This document shows positions 37,309 through 50,100 of a stretch of 64,000 bases of DNA, piece after piece; position 1 is the stretch's first letter, and each line of letters starts with the position of its first letter. Source of the DNA: Raja brachyura (lineage: Eukaryota). Below the pieces are notes generated by a model that saw only the letters and a program-made list of their open reading frames with translations, had not been told where the DNA came from and made no database searches. Location of the stretch: contig OY740789.1 of NCBI GenBank assembly GCA_963514005.1, forward strand, positions 69,192,001 through 69,256,000, in the 5' to 3' direction. Made by a program: the position numbers and the translations under genes.

Positions 37309-38250
37309 CTATGTAAAGAGTAAAACATTACAGAAAGAATCAACTCTCCTTCATGTAAACAGTGTGAAATGTCAGTCTACGACTATAACCAAATCCAAAG
37401 CTCAACTTCGGTGTAATCCCCAATCTATTATACAACAAATAGCCACTTTATAATCAGAAGAACTGATATTGGAATGTTAGAGAGCTTCAAAGCTTCCCCT
37501 TACTGATGAATGCTGCTCTTAATTGAAAATATGTTTGAATGGTGCAAACTAATGGAGGAATCTTGGACCAGAGGCTGCACTGTTTGATCAGCCTACTATA
37601 GGGAAGGTGCCATTAAGCTGGAAATGATGTAGAGAAGATTCATGAGAATGTTGCCAAGACTCAAAGGCCTGAGCTATAGGGAGAGGTTGGGCAGGATAGG
37701 GCTTTATTCCATGGAGTGCAGAGGGCTGTGGGGTGAATAAAACCCAAAGTCACATTGTTAAAAAGAGTGGGAATCCTGTACGGCAAATAGGAGCAGAGAC
37801 AGTGTGAACATTCACATATAACACAGGGAGGGGCAGTGTGGTGAATACAGGTAAATGGTTGACTTACCCATAACACATTTTATCAGGTAATTAGGAAAGC
37901 AGCAATGAGCCAAACTGATGGAATAAATGTTCAAATTGGACAACTCCAAGGTACGGGAGTCATGCGAAGCAAGTGAAAGAGTAAGAGTGGGTGAGAGTGC
38001 AAGGAAGGAGCAAGTATTTCAAGTTTGCTTTGGAAATTAAGTGATGTTGGCATTGCTCTGAAGGCCAGCATTTATTGCACATTGTAAATGCCAACTATCA
38101 CAATTAACAATGAAAGGAGTATAGGCACTGGTTTTTGTTATTATGGCATATCCTCAAAGCTAAGAGAGAGCAACAACAAACTGTCACCTCTCACTGTAAG
38201 AGTATACAGATAGTGAGGGAATGGGTGATAGTCAGACAACAAGCAAGATA

Positions 38251-38432
38251 TGTGTAGGAAGGAACTGCAGATGCTGGTTTAAACTGAAGAGAGACAAAAA
38301 ATACTCGAGTAACTTGGCGGGACAGGCAACTTCTCTGGAGAGAAGGAATGGGTGACGTTTCGGGTCGAGACCCATTCCTTCTCTCCAGAGATGCTGCCTG
38401 TCCCACTGAGTTACTCCAGCATTTTGTGTCTA
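38251..38432. mobile_element. Palindromic Penelope-terminus element
   Basis: Inverted arms meeting at ~38370; AACAAGCA on both flanks. Confidence 0.8.
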
Positions 38433-38912
38433 TTAACAAGCAGGGATAGGCAGGTAATGCAAGAGTTATTCTAAGTGCACAAAATTCTGGTGTGGGCAGT
38501 CGTTGTGGAAATACATCCAGAATCAATGCACAGAACCTTGAGGAGCAGTGGGGGTTGGGTGAGGGGGCATCATATAGAGGTCAGCTGGAGGTCAGCACTC
38601 CCTTTTTCANNNNNNNNNNNNNNNNNNNNNNNNNNNNNNNNNNNNNNNNNNNNNNNNNNNNNNNNNNNNNNNNNNNNNNNNNNNNNNNNNNNNNNNNNNN
38701 NNNNNNNNNNNNNNNNNNNNNNNNNNNNNNNNNNNNNNNNNNNNNNNNNNNNNNNNNNNNNNNNNNNNNNNNNNNNNNNNNNNNNNNNNNNNNNNNNNNN
38801 NNNNNNNNNNNNNNNNNNNNNNNNNNNNNNNNNNNNNNNNNNNNNNNNNNNNNNNNNNNNNNNNNNNNNNNNNNNNNNNNNNNNNNNNNNNNNNNNNNNN
38901 NNNNNNNNNNNN

Positions 38913-40164
38913 CTAGACCACAGCCTTCCCGCCTGCAACTGGGCCTGATGCGGAGACTGCTGCCGCGTGGGCTGGATTTGTGCATGGAGTTCGAGTGAGG
39001 GTGGGGCTTGGGATGGGGCCGTGACCAGGGCCGTAAAAGAAGCCACCCGGTGGAACCAAGGCGAGCCTAGGATCAGGAGACAGTGAAGTCGGAACCTGCA
39101 CAGGAGCCCAGGCGGCGACTGAGCTGATAGCTGATGCTGCCGCTGGAACCAAGGATGTGCCTGGGTCTACAGCCAGGGCCGGGTCGAGTACAAAGAACCA
39201 GGCCCTGGGGCAGTGAATGGGAGGGGAAGAGGATGAGGGAGATGGGGAAGAGGGGGGGGGGGCGGGGGGAGGATGGAGATGCCCCCTCCCTATTATACAG
39301 CAAATAGCCACTTTATAATCAGAAGAACTGATATTGGAATGTTAGACAGCTTCAAAGCTTCCCCCTTACTGATGAATGCTGCTCTTAATTGAAAACAATG
39401 TTTGAATGGTGCAAACTAATGGAGAAATCTTGGACCAGAGGCTGCATTGTTTGGTCAGCCTACTATAGGGAAGGTGCCATTAAGCTGGAAATGATGTAGA
39501 GAAGATTCATGAGAATGTTGCCAAGACTCAAAGGCCTGAGCTATAGGGAGAGGTTGGGCAGGATAGGGCTTTATTCCATGGAGTGCAGAGGGCTGTGGGG
39601 TGAATAAAACCCAAAGTCACATTGTTAAAAAGAGTGGGAATCCTGTACGGCAAATAGGAGCAGAGACAGTGTGAACATTCACATATAACACAGGGAGGGC
39701 CAGTGTGGTGAATACAGGTAAATGGTTGACTTACCCATAACACATTTTATCAGGTAATTAGGAAAGTAGCAATGAGCCAAACTGATGGAATAAATGTTCA
39801 AATTGGACAACTCCAAGGGGGGGTGTGGAGGATGGAGACGGGGAAGGGTGGAGGATGGAGATGCCCCCTCCCTATCTACCCCCTCCAATTCCACCCTCTC
39901 TACCCCCTCCCTCTCTGCCCCCCCTCCCCCTCCCTCTCTACTCCCCTCTCTACCCCCTTCCCCCTCTCTGCCCCCCCCCCCTCTAGGGATTGAAGAGGGA
40001 GGGTGAAGAGGAGGAGGAGGGAATGCTGGGGGATGAGGAGAAATGAGATGCACCTGTACAGTTGGGGGCTATGTGTGAGTGGTGCAATATTGCGTTGGGG
40101 AAATGGGTGAGTGGTGGAATCCTGCGTTGGGGGAGCAGACCCAATGCGTCTGCACTTGGTCTAG
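38913..40164 (+). mobile_element. Non-autonomous Helitron; 5' end probably in the N gap at 38610-38912
   Basis: Hairpin GCAGAC-N7-GTCTGC at 40135-40153, ending 11 nt before the end of a terminal CTAG that is followed by T. Confidence 0.65.
39291..39817 (+). repeat. Near-identical copy of 37426-37951
   Basis: Direct comparison gives about 10 differences over ~530 bp. Confidence 0.95.
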
Positions 40165-41744
40165 TATTTCCTAAATTCTTTACAAAATGGGGGAGAACAC
40201 GAGGTCCAACAAGTGTATGTCAGCGCTCAGAGCATCCCCATCAGCCACTTTCCCCCCACTTATATTCCTGTAACTTATTTTCTCTCACATACCCAACAAC
40301 TCATGTCACTCCCTTACGCTACCTACCCACATCTTGAAACATGGAGGAAATGCACACAGCACAGTAAGAATCATTCATGCCCCACTTATTCAGCTCTGGA
40401 TGTCAAGGTAAAACCTGGTCACTGGTTCTATGTGGCAGCAGCATTTATTGCTGAACCACTCTGCCATCCAGTTACAAGCTGGTCTGTTGTCTTTGCATTG
40501 TCAAGGTCAAGGATGTTATCAGTTAGTAGAAGGACATGGTTTAACCAGTAAGGGTCCACTACTGGATGTCATAATTCATATTAGTCATTAATGGCATGAC
40601 TATAAACAACGTTTTTTAAAACCTCACAGAGATCTTCTAAGTAGTTACGAAATAAATTCATAAGCAGAAGACTACATTCTATGTTTGACACACACCCACT
40701 CCCCTGACATCAGTCTGAAGAAGGGTCTCAACCCGAAATGTCACCCCTTCCTTCTCTCCCGAATGCTGCCTGCCCTGCTGAGTTAATCCGGTATTTTGTG
40801 CCTACTTGCCATATAACCTTGGCCTTATAATTTACTTACTGGTCTAATATTGAATACCTTGACAATAGGCTGTGTCAAATTCACTATATGCGACTCCACA
40901 CACATCAATGTGGTCAAAGTGGGATGTGCTAAAAATTAATTTAATAATAGGTAATTGTGTTAAATTCAAAAAGTTGAAAATAAACCAAAAATACTTGTGG
41001 GCAGCACAATGGCACAGTTGATAGAACCGATGCCTCACACCACCAGTCACCCTGGTTCGATCCTGACCTCGGCTGTTGTCTGTGTGGAGTTTGCACATTC
41101 TCCCGGTGACTGTGCGGGTTACATCCAGGTGCTCCAGTTTCCACCCACATTCCAAAGATTGGTAGGTTAATTGGCCTCTGTAAATTGCCGCTAGTGTGTT
41201 GGGAGTGGATGAGAAAGTGGGATAACATCGGACTAGTATGAAGGGGTGATCGATGGACGGCGTGGGTAGAAGGGCTTTAACATGCTGCATCTCTAAAGTA
41301 ATCAACGTGCTCCAACTCCTTATGAAGAGCAACCCGTGAAATCTCAGGTGTTCATAGGGAGAGTGATCCATATTTTGCCAAGTGTGAACAACTGGGTCTT
41401 TCATTCAAGAACACTGGAGAGCACTGGTATCAAGGACCAGTTGAATCACAGCTGCAGCACTACATTTCTAAAGAAATCAGAAAGCAGTCTGAAGAAGGAC
41501 TTCGACCTACAATGTCATCTGTCTATTTCCCTCCACAGATGCTGCCTACTGCATGTGGGGAGAGAATCCAGAAATCGGAGGTCCAAAGGGACTTGGGAGT
41601 GCTGGTGCAGGGTTCCCAAAATGTTACTTTGCAAGTTGAAACGGTAGTAAGGAAAGCAAACTCAATGCTTGCATTTATTTCAAGAGGGTTTGTGGACAAA
41701 AACACGGATGTAATGCTGAGGCTCTAAAAGGCACTGGTCAGGTC

Positions 41745-42657
41745 ACCTGAGGAACCAAGAGGCTAACCATCAACTACATGTTACATGGTCTGGACTCTGA
41801 CTAACACATTGCCCAAACCCAGTCTACCTTGGAGTCACACTCGACCGCTGCTTAACATTCAAGGCACATGTGGAAAAAACTAAAGCAAAGATGGGCACCC
41901 GCAACAACATATGGAACAAACTCACCAACACCAAATGGGGTGCCAACCCAACAACAGTACGTACTACAACCTTAGCACTCTACTTCTCTGCTGCAGAATA
42001 CACCTCCCCTGCTTGGGAGAGATGTACACATGCAAAGAAGATTGACTCATCCTTGAGTGCCAGCTGCCGTAGCATCACTGGTTGCCTCCGATCTACGAAC
42101 ATAAACAACGTATATACCTACTGGCTGGCATCGCTTCCCCAGCCATCAGGAGAGCTGTTGCAAGTAGGACAGAGCATCTGAAACAACTGACAGACGATAG
42201 ATACCCATTACACAACTATGTGCCCCCTCCTAGCCGGTTAAAATCTCAGAAAGAGCTTCCTAACCAGCATCACCCCATTAGAAACAACACCAACTGAAGC
42301 TCGCCTCCAGATGTGGAAGAACAGACTAGCCACTGTCCCTATTTCTACCAAGATGGCAATACCAGCAGCAGACGCTTACCACGTGGTGTTAATGAACACT
42401 GGCTGAACTGGAGATGTCTCAAACGACTGCGAACCGGGGTCGGGAGGTCAAGGGTGTCAATGCACAAATGGGGCTACATCGAGGGTACAACAACCTGTGA
42501 CCGTGGCACACAGACCCAGGCAATGCAACACCTACTGCAATGCCCGTTACTGGATAATTCATGTACTACTGCAGACATTGCACTTAACACTCCAATAGCG
42601 CAACGATGTGTACAGCAGTGGCAAGCCACTATATAGCATAAGAGCACGAAAGAAGAA
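41745..42657 (+). mobile_element. Vingi/Ingi-like LINE 3' part
   Basis: YLGVTLDR, KWGANPTTVRTT, ITGCLRST, RLRTGVGRS and QHLLQCP motifs; (GAA)n tail. Confidence 0.75.
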
Positions 42658-42840
42658 GGCCGCATTTGGAATATTGTGAGCAAATGTGGGCACCATATCT
42701 GAGGAAGGATGTGCTGGCTCCGGAGAGGGTCTAGAGGTATACAAGAATGATCACAGGAAAAAGTAGGTTAACATATGATGAGTGTTTGACGGCACTGGGC
42801 CTGCACTCTTTGAAGTTTAGAAAAATGAGGGGGGACCTCA

Positions 42841-43483
42841 AAGGACAAAGGACATTTATTGTCACATACACCAATTGGTGTAGTGAAATTTGACTTGCCA
42901 TGCAGCACACAGATAAAGATAAGACACAACACTAAAGAATTAACAATGAACATAAAAACATCCCCCCACAATGGTTCCCACTGTGGGGGAAGGCACAAAG
43001 TCCAGTCCCATCTCCATGTCCACCCATAGTCGGGCCTATTGAGGCCTCCGCAGTCGGCGCTACGGCGGCCCGATGTTTTAGGCCTTCTCGGCGGGTGATG
43101 GTGCTCCGGCGTCGGGAGAGTCCTCACAGCGGCTTGGGACACCTGGAATGGCCGCTACCTTACCGGAGTCTGTGGTTTCCGAAGCCAACAAGGCCGCGCT
43201 GGATGGAGCTCCACAACTGGTGATCTCGCCGAGAGGTCCCAGGCTCCCGATGTTAAAGTTCAGCGCTGCCGCCCGCAGCTGGCCGCCCCACAGTCCCACA
43301 GCTCCGCGATGTTCACCTGCGGTCTCAGCATACCGGAGCTCCAGCGCGGCAACCCAGACAAGGTATCGCCCACTCCGCTCCACGATGGTGATCCAGCCTC
43401 CGAATCCGAGGTTCTGGCCAGTTCCCTCAGGAAACGCCGCTCCAGGCCCGCTGGTAAGCCGCGAGGACGAATGTGGGAGAATC
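42841..43483 (-). mobile_element. Non-coding GC-rich retroelement with a Rex-like 3' module
   Basis: Minus strand ends GTGACAATAAA plus a short repeat; inserted in a CR1. Confidence 0.6.
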
Positions 43484-43821
43484 TAGGACTAGAGATCATA
43501 GCCGCAGATTTAAAGGACGTTCTTTTAGGAAGGAGATGAGGAGAAATTTCTTTAGTCAGAGGGTGGTGAATCTGTGGAATTCTTTGCCACAGAAGGCTGT
43601 GGCAAAGATAGATTGATTCTTGATTAGTACAGGTGTCGGAGGTTATGGGGAGAAGGTATGAAAACGGGGTTAGGAGGGAGAGGTAAATCATCTATGATTG
43701 AATGGCGGAGTAGTCTTGATGGACCGAATGGCCTAATTCTGTTCCTATCACTTATGATCTACTGACTGAGTTCCTCTGGGTGTTTGTTTTACAGAAGAGT
43801 GTAACACAACCCTACCAGTAC

Positions 43822-43971
43822 CTTTGTCGTGTCCAGTTTGTTATGGTGCAGTTCCAGCACTCGCAATGCAGCCTGTAGGTTTGCCTGTGGCTCTGGTACC
43901 TCCAATCGGATTGGTCCCACACAATGAATGTCAGGTGGTGATAGGTACATACGCAATAAAGAAAGGTACAC
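43822..43971 (-). CDS. VPS39: VPS39 exon VYLSLLRMYLSPPDIHCVGPIRLEVPEPQANLQAALRVLELHHNKLDTTK
   Basis: 150 nt, AG/GT, phase 0 to 0. Confidence 0.96.
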
Positions 43972-45298
43972 CTGAGTGGAAAAAAGACAATGCTCGAATA
44001 TCCAGTCTCTGTTCCATGTGTGAACAAGAACTACATCCAAAAGATCCTCCTACGCACATCTTTCTTGCCACACCCTGTCACCCAGTTCTTCTCCCCTTCT
44101 CCACCTCTTTCTTTTATTGACTATTTGCTTCTACCCCTATACAAGTTTATTTTCTCTTTTTCCCAGTTCTGACAAAGGATCGTTGGCTTGAAACATTATT
44201 GCTAGTTTCTCTTCCCACACACCAGACCTGCGGAGTATTTCCATTATTTTCTCTTTTTATTTTAGTCTACTTGTAAATTATGCTTTTTTTAAAAACGTTC
44301 ACCCATTCACTCCATCTATCTATATCCTTTGTAGAAACACGATGTCTTAATTACGACATGCCCTTCCACCTATTTTCTTATCATTGGCAAATTTGGCAAC
44401 ATTGTGTTCTGTTCTTTCTTAGAGGTTATTAATATAAATAGTAAACATTTGAGGATCAAGAATTGATCCATGGGGTACTCCACTATTTGCATTCTTCCAG
44501 GCTGAAAAGGACCTATGGATTCCAATTCTATTTTTCTACGTGAGAGCCAGTTTTCAGTCATGTTAACACTTCCGCCAATATCATTGCGTTCTTAATTTAT
44601 GCTCCAGCCTATTGTATGGCACCTTGTCAAATGCCTTTTGTAAATCAAACTACACCACATCTACTGGTTTCTCTCTATCAACTCTCCTTGCCACATCCTC
44701 AAAGACTTTAAGCAAATTTGTGAAACTGATTCACCTTTAATAAAACCACTTGACCAGGTTTGATGATATTCATCTTTCCTAAATGATTAGTTGTTTCCTT
44801 AGTTGTTATTGACTCTAGCATCTTTCCAATCATAGATGCGAAGCTAACCGGCCTATTGTTCCTTGCCTTTTGTCTTCCTTTCTAAGGTAGTTACGTGAGC
44901 TGTTTTCCAACCTACTGTTACTCTCCCTCCTGGAACTCAAGAGTTTTTCAAAACTTTCAAACAATGGGTCCACTTGCTCTGTAGTGGCATATAAAACTCT
45001 GAATATTAACAAACACAATAGTGTCATGTTCATCAACCATAGAATATAATGGTTCTAATCATTTGCTCCAATCTTCCTCTCCTCCTACCACAATAGAGAA
45101 GTTATAAAGCAAACTGCTTGATAACTGCGTCAGCATGTAGTCTGAGTTCAAACTTTGAGCGAGTCTGCCAATGACTTATTTATGTGCTGCCCTCTACACA
45201 GTACAACACCAACCCCTGCTTTCCATGCTCTACACAGCAACAGAGCAAGGCTGAATGCTAAGTTCCTCACCACTAGAATTAGAAATATTTGTACTCAC

Positions 45299-45344
45299 AT
45301 CTTTGTTACCATCTCTGTTCCAGTCATAATGCGTGTGACAGTAT
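45299..45344 (-). CDS. VPS39: VPS39 exon (E)YCHTHYDWNRDGNKD
   Basis: 46 nt, AG/GTGAGT, phase 2 to 0. Confidence 0.94.
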
Positions 45345-46227
45345 CTGAAATCATAGAATAAGACTGTTAAATTAAAATCAGCTCAAAATTAATTTTCTGA
45401 AGTGGGCGAAGCTTGATAGAACTTGGCAAGAATACTGAGAAATCAAGCCAACAGGTATTTTTCAACCACCATGTCTGCACATGAATGTTTCAATAGACAG
45501 CAGATAAAACATACAAGCTCCTCTACATCTAATCATTTAGAAATATGAAAAAACACTAAAATGAACCACTTGTTGTCACCTTGATGTATACTAGGTGTTT
45601 TATTCATAAATTAATGTAGTCTGATCAAAGGACGTGCAGACTGCAGTTGGCACAAGAAACATTTGAAGAGCCTCTCCAAATCAGCAAATCATTGCAATCT
45701 CACCATGTTTGTTCTGATACAGAAAGCTTTCCAGGCAGCTCCTAATCCAGCCGAATTTGTGGAGAATGTGATGTTTTGCACTGGTTTGCCAGATTACATC
45801 AGATTTTTGGGGATAAAACAAGTCTAAATTTTAGTCCCACCTCCACAACATCTACGCAGCCTCTGCTCACCATCCTCAAACACACATGGACACATATTAC
45901 TGTACAAGCTGAAGTTTGTGGAGCAAAGGAATAGTCGACTGATGCAGAGTCCCAACTTGAAACACTAACTATCCCTTTGCTATGTGGCACACCGAGTTCT
46001 TTCAGCAGATTTTGTACGCCAGAATCATGCATCTGCACTCGGGTGTCTCCATCTAAACACAAGGGTAGCCAAGCTTGTTCATTGTTGGGTGTTAGATGTA
46101 ATGTTTAAATCCAAGTATTACAGAACCAAAACTTACACAAATAAAAGATTGAGACATTAAACACTTAAAATCAGATCATATTGAAAGTCAAGGAATTTTT
46201 AATATCAATGTCTGAGAATATACTTAC

Positions 46228-46330
46228 TCCTCTGCCATTTTAATATTTTTTAATACGTGCACGTAAATAAAAAGAGCTTGTTCGTGTAGACCCATTTGAC
46301 CCATCAGCAGCGCTCGCTCTTCCAGCAATC
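46228..46330 (-). CDS. VPS39: VPS39 exon (G)LLEERALLMGQMGLHEQALFIYVHVLKNIKMAE(E)
   Basis: 103 nt, AG/GTAAGT, phase 1 to 2. Confidence 0.96.
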
Positions 46331-47162
46331 CTAAAATACAACCAGAATTAGAGTTATCAATCAGTTCTATTCCACTTTCTGCCATGAAAGGCATAATTGC
46401 AAACCAAGGAGCAATGTGTTATGAAATTGCGACGGCTAAACAGCATCACTGCATGTGTGCCAATAGAAGCAATTGCTTGTCAATTTCGATAGCTGGCCAC
46501 GGTTGATGAAGCGGCTGTGTTCTTAAAAGACTGCCGTGTCTGATTGCTGACGGAAGGTTACATGGAAATATAATTTTCTCCCCCGCTATACTGCTTAAAT
46601 CTAAGACAGCTTTTATTCTGCTTGTCAATTTTCCAAAGTAACTTTTGAACGGCTTAGCTCTCAATCAAAATAGCTTTATAATTAATTCAGCCCACCTAAT
46701 GCAAATAGTACTCCCTAATTCATCACTATCCAATTCAAGTTATGGAAAATTGCATTAGAGCTGTTTTACAACCTACTGGTACCCTCCTGGAACATTTTGA
46801 AAATGTATTCTACCTGTTGTTGAGGCTCCACCATGGATCCCACATTATTGTCAATCTAATAATGGCCCATTTATTCTAATTCTCGAGTGCTTTTACCTTG
46901 TGTACTGACCTTACATGGCAGCTTGGTGAATGCCATCCAAAATATCTCAATGTACAGCATGTACTAGTCCTACCATATGCATTCAAATGATGAATTCTCA
47001 AAGAATAGCAAATTTATCAAACACGATTTTCCTTTCATAAAACCACATTGAATCCGTTCAATTGTGTACCATTTTCTAAATGTTCTGCAATTACATCCTT
47101 TGATTATTTTCACAGTGGCTGAAGCTCGACTAGCTGGCCTGTCATTCTTCTTTCTTAAATAG

Positions 47163-50100
47163 TGTTGCGATGTTGCTATTCAAATAACTGAAGCCTTACA
47201 CTGTGATAAATGTCCAAAGACTTTATTAACGTTACAGCGTTGGTAACTTCATGCCAGCACATTTCTCTAATAATGTGGGAACCAGGCAGGGAGGGTTACT
47301 GTAAAGCTAGTGGGCGTAACTACAAAGTATGACTCATAACATGAGTGACACTGATCTATATCCTCCCTCTTAAAGAATTAAACATCAGTACGAAACCATT
47401 AACTAAGTAAAGCATGCATAGCAATTGATAATAAACTGGAGGAAAGTCAAACATAGCCCAGGTACTTCACAACCGGCTTGCAAACACGACCAGCACGTGC
47501 ACGATAAAGACCATCTCTGTTCTTTCCCCCCGGGGACAGAGCAGGTGGCTTCACAGATGTGGAACACTGAACCAGCATTCCCGGAGACGAAACAGGAGAC
47601 TGTGGAGCAGGCAAAGTCGTCACTGGCAGACGAGCCATTGCAGACGTGGGTTGTTGTGCTGATATAGGCGGAGTAGTGCCGCTAGACACAGACGGAAGTA
47701 TACTTGTACGGTCCGGATAATACAGAGCTGGAACTGGCTCGTTCAAAGGCAAGCTATGTTGTCTGTTACGCCTGTAGGTGCTGCCATCGGCACTGACCAT
47801 ATACGAATGTGGCTCAGAAGCAACTCCAGAAATCACACCAATATGGTCATGACCTTTGTCAGTCTGTAAACGAACCACCTGCCCCTTGGTCAATGGTGGC
47901 AGTGGCCTACTTGTTTTGTCAAACCATTGTTTTTGAATGTCATGCTTTTGTTGTAACCTGGACTGAACCTCCTCAGGTGGGACCACCTGTGGGATCAATG
48001 CTTGATCCACCACAGGCACCGTGGCACGGGTCTGCCTCAACAATAAATGTTGAGCAGAGGAACCCAAAATGGGGTCACGGGAGATGTTGCGTAACTTGAG
48101 CAGATCCAGGAACACGTCGGAATTAGCTCTGTGTGAACGTTCCATGAGCTGTTTGGCACTCTTGACAGCCCGCTCAGTCAGTCCATTCGACTGTGGATAT
48201 CCAGGGATGCTGGTAATGTGACGAAAATTCCAGCGTGTAGCTGGAATTGACTGCCGTTGTCAGTTAACAGCCTACCTGGAGATCTGTGGACTGAAAAATG
48301 GCGAGATAACTTCGAAACCACCCTGTGGGAAGTGGGGCTGCTGAGAAGATCAATGTCAAACCATCCTCAATATGAAGCAACGAGTACCAGGTGCTGCTTG
48401 CCATGCCACTCAAATGTCAGTTGCCACTGTAGACCACGAGAGTGCAGGAACCGGATGTGAAAGAAGTGGTTGCTTTTGTTGGTGAGGTGCCAAGCTGTTG
48501 CACACTGCACAGGATGCCACATTCTCGGTGATGTAGTCAGCCATGCCAGGCCAGTAAAACATGCTTCTTGCCCGTAAGACAGTAGCTTCAGCGCCTGGGT
48601 GCCCTGCATGGACAGCGTTAAAATACTTGTTGTGCAGCTAAGCAGGGACCACAGCCTTGTGTCCTTTTAAGACAATGCCATCCTGCAGCACTATCATCAC
48701 GGACGGCAAAGAAAGGCCGGACTGGCAGCGGAACGTTGTAGTGTTTGTCTGGCCAGCCGCGCTTAATGACGGAGGTAAGCGACTGTAGAGTACTGTCAGC
48801 AGCAGTGTTGGCAACCAAATCCTCCATACAGGACGAGGGGATAAAAGACACGGCCATTATGATAAAGTCATGATCCGGCAAAGGCGAGAGAGTGTCAGCC
48901 AGGTGCATATCCTTACCACGTTTGTGGATCAGAACAATGTCATATTTTTGAAGTTGCAGCAACATCCGCTGATCGGTTTGGTAAAAATGCTGATCAGAGG
49001 TTGGTGATCAGTTTCAATCGTGACCGTGTGTTCAAAGATAAAATCGTTGAATTACCTGCAGGCGAAAACAACTGCCAACAGCTTGTTCTCAATTTGGACA
49101 TACCGTTGTTCTGTGTCAGTCATGGTGCACGAGGCATAGGCAACAGGCTTATTGCCGTTACCATCATTTTGAAGACATGCTGCGCCCAGTCCGTGTTGTG
49201 ATGCATCACAAGTCTGTGTGAGCGGTAGTTTAGGATTAAAGTAAGCAAGAGTAGGAGCACAAGACATCTGCTGCATAAGAGTGTCGAACACCTTCTGTTG
49301 TTGCTCGTGACAGGTCCAAGCAGTGTCTTTGTGTGTAAGCTGGCGCAATGGGGCTGATATTTCGCTGAAACACGGAATGAATATGCTCAAGTAGTTAACC
49401 ATGCCAAGAAATCTCTGTAAACTTAGCACGTCTGTGGGTGCTGGGAGCTCGTTGATTGCACTGGTTTTCGCTGGATCAGTTTTTAGGCCGTCTTTGGTAA
49501 ATACATGGCCTATGTGTTTCACCTTATTCACCCTGAATTTGCATTTTTGAGGGTTCAGCTTGAGATTGATGGCCTTGGCACAATCCAAGACCTTCGTCAG
49601 ATTGACATCGTGTTCTTCGACCATTCGTCCTGCAACGAGGATGTCATCCACTATGATGGAGCATGGGTAGCCTGCAAACAACTGCTCCATAGCTGGTTGA
49701 AATACTTCCCTAGCAGAACTTATTCCAAAGGGCATGTGAAGAAATCTGTAACGCCCGAACGTAGTGCTGAAAGTAGTTAACTTGGAGTTGTTATATTCCA
49801 GCGAAATCTGCCAGAATTTGGCATCTAGCACCGTGAATACAGTTGCCTTAGCCATCTCATCCACAGTGCACATAGGATAGTGGGGTCGTTTGATTGCTGT
49901 ATTTAAGTCCTTGGGGTTGATGCAAATCCGTATCATGTCTTTATTCTTCTTGGTAGCCACGACCATGATGGAGACCCAATCCGAGGGGTCAGCGACAGGA
50001 GCAATCACACCTAGAGACACCATTCTGTTAAGTTCACCTTGAACATGGTCCCGCATAGCGTGGGGAATCTTATGAGCTGGGCGAACAACTGGAATTGCCT

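Larger units (their letters stand above)
41553..43760 (+). mobile_element. CR1 LINE fragment interrupted by two insertions
   Basis: GERIQKSEVQRDLGVLV...KANSMLAFI; resumes at ~42657 and ~43484. Confidence 0.8.

Noticed and set aside
38913-38920. CTAGACCA as an inverted repeat of the Helitron end
   Set aside because: Only 8 bp and abutting a gap; it cannot be distinguished from chance.
38475-39046. ORFs spanning N runs (also 26506-26857)
   Set aside because: Artefacts of assembly gaps.
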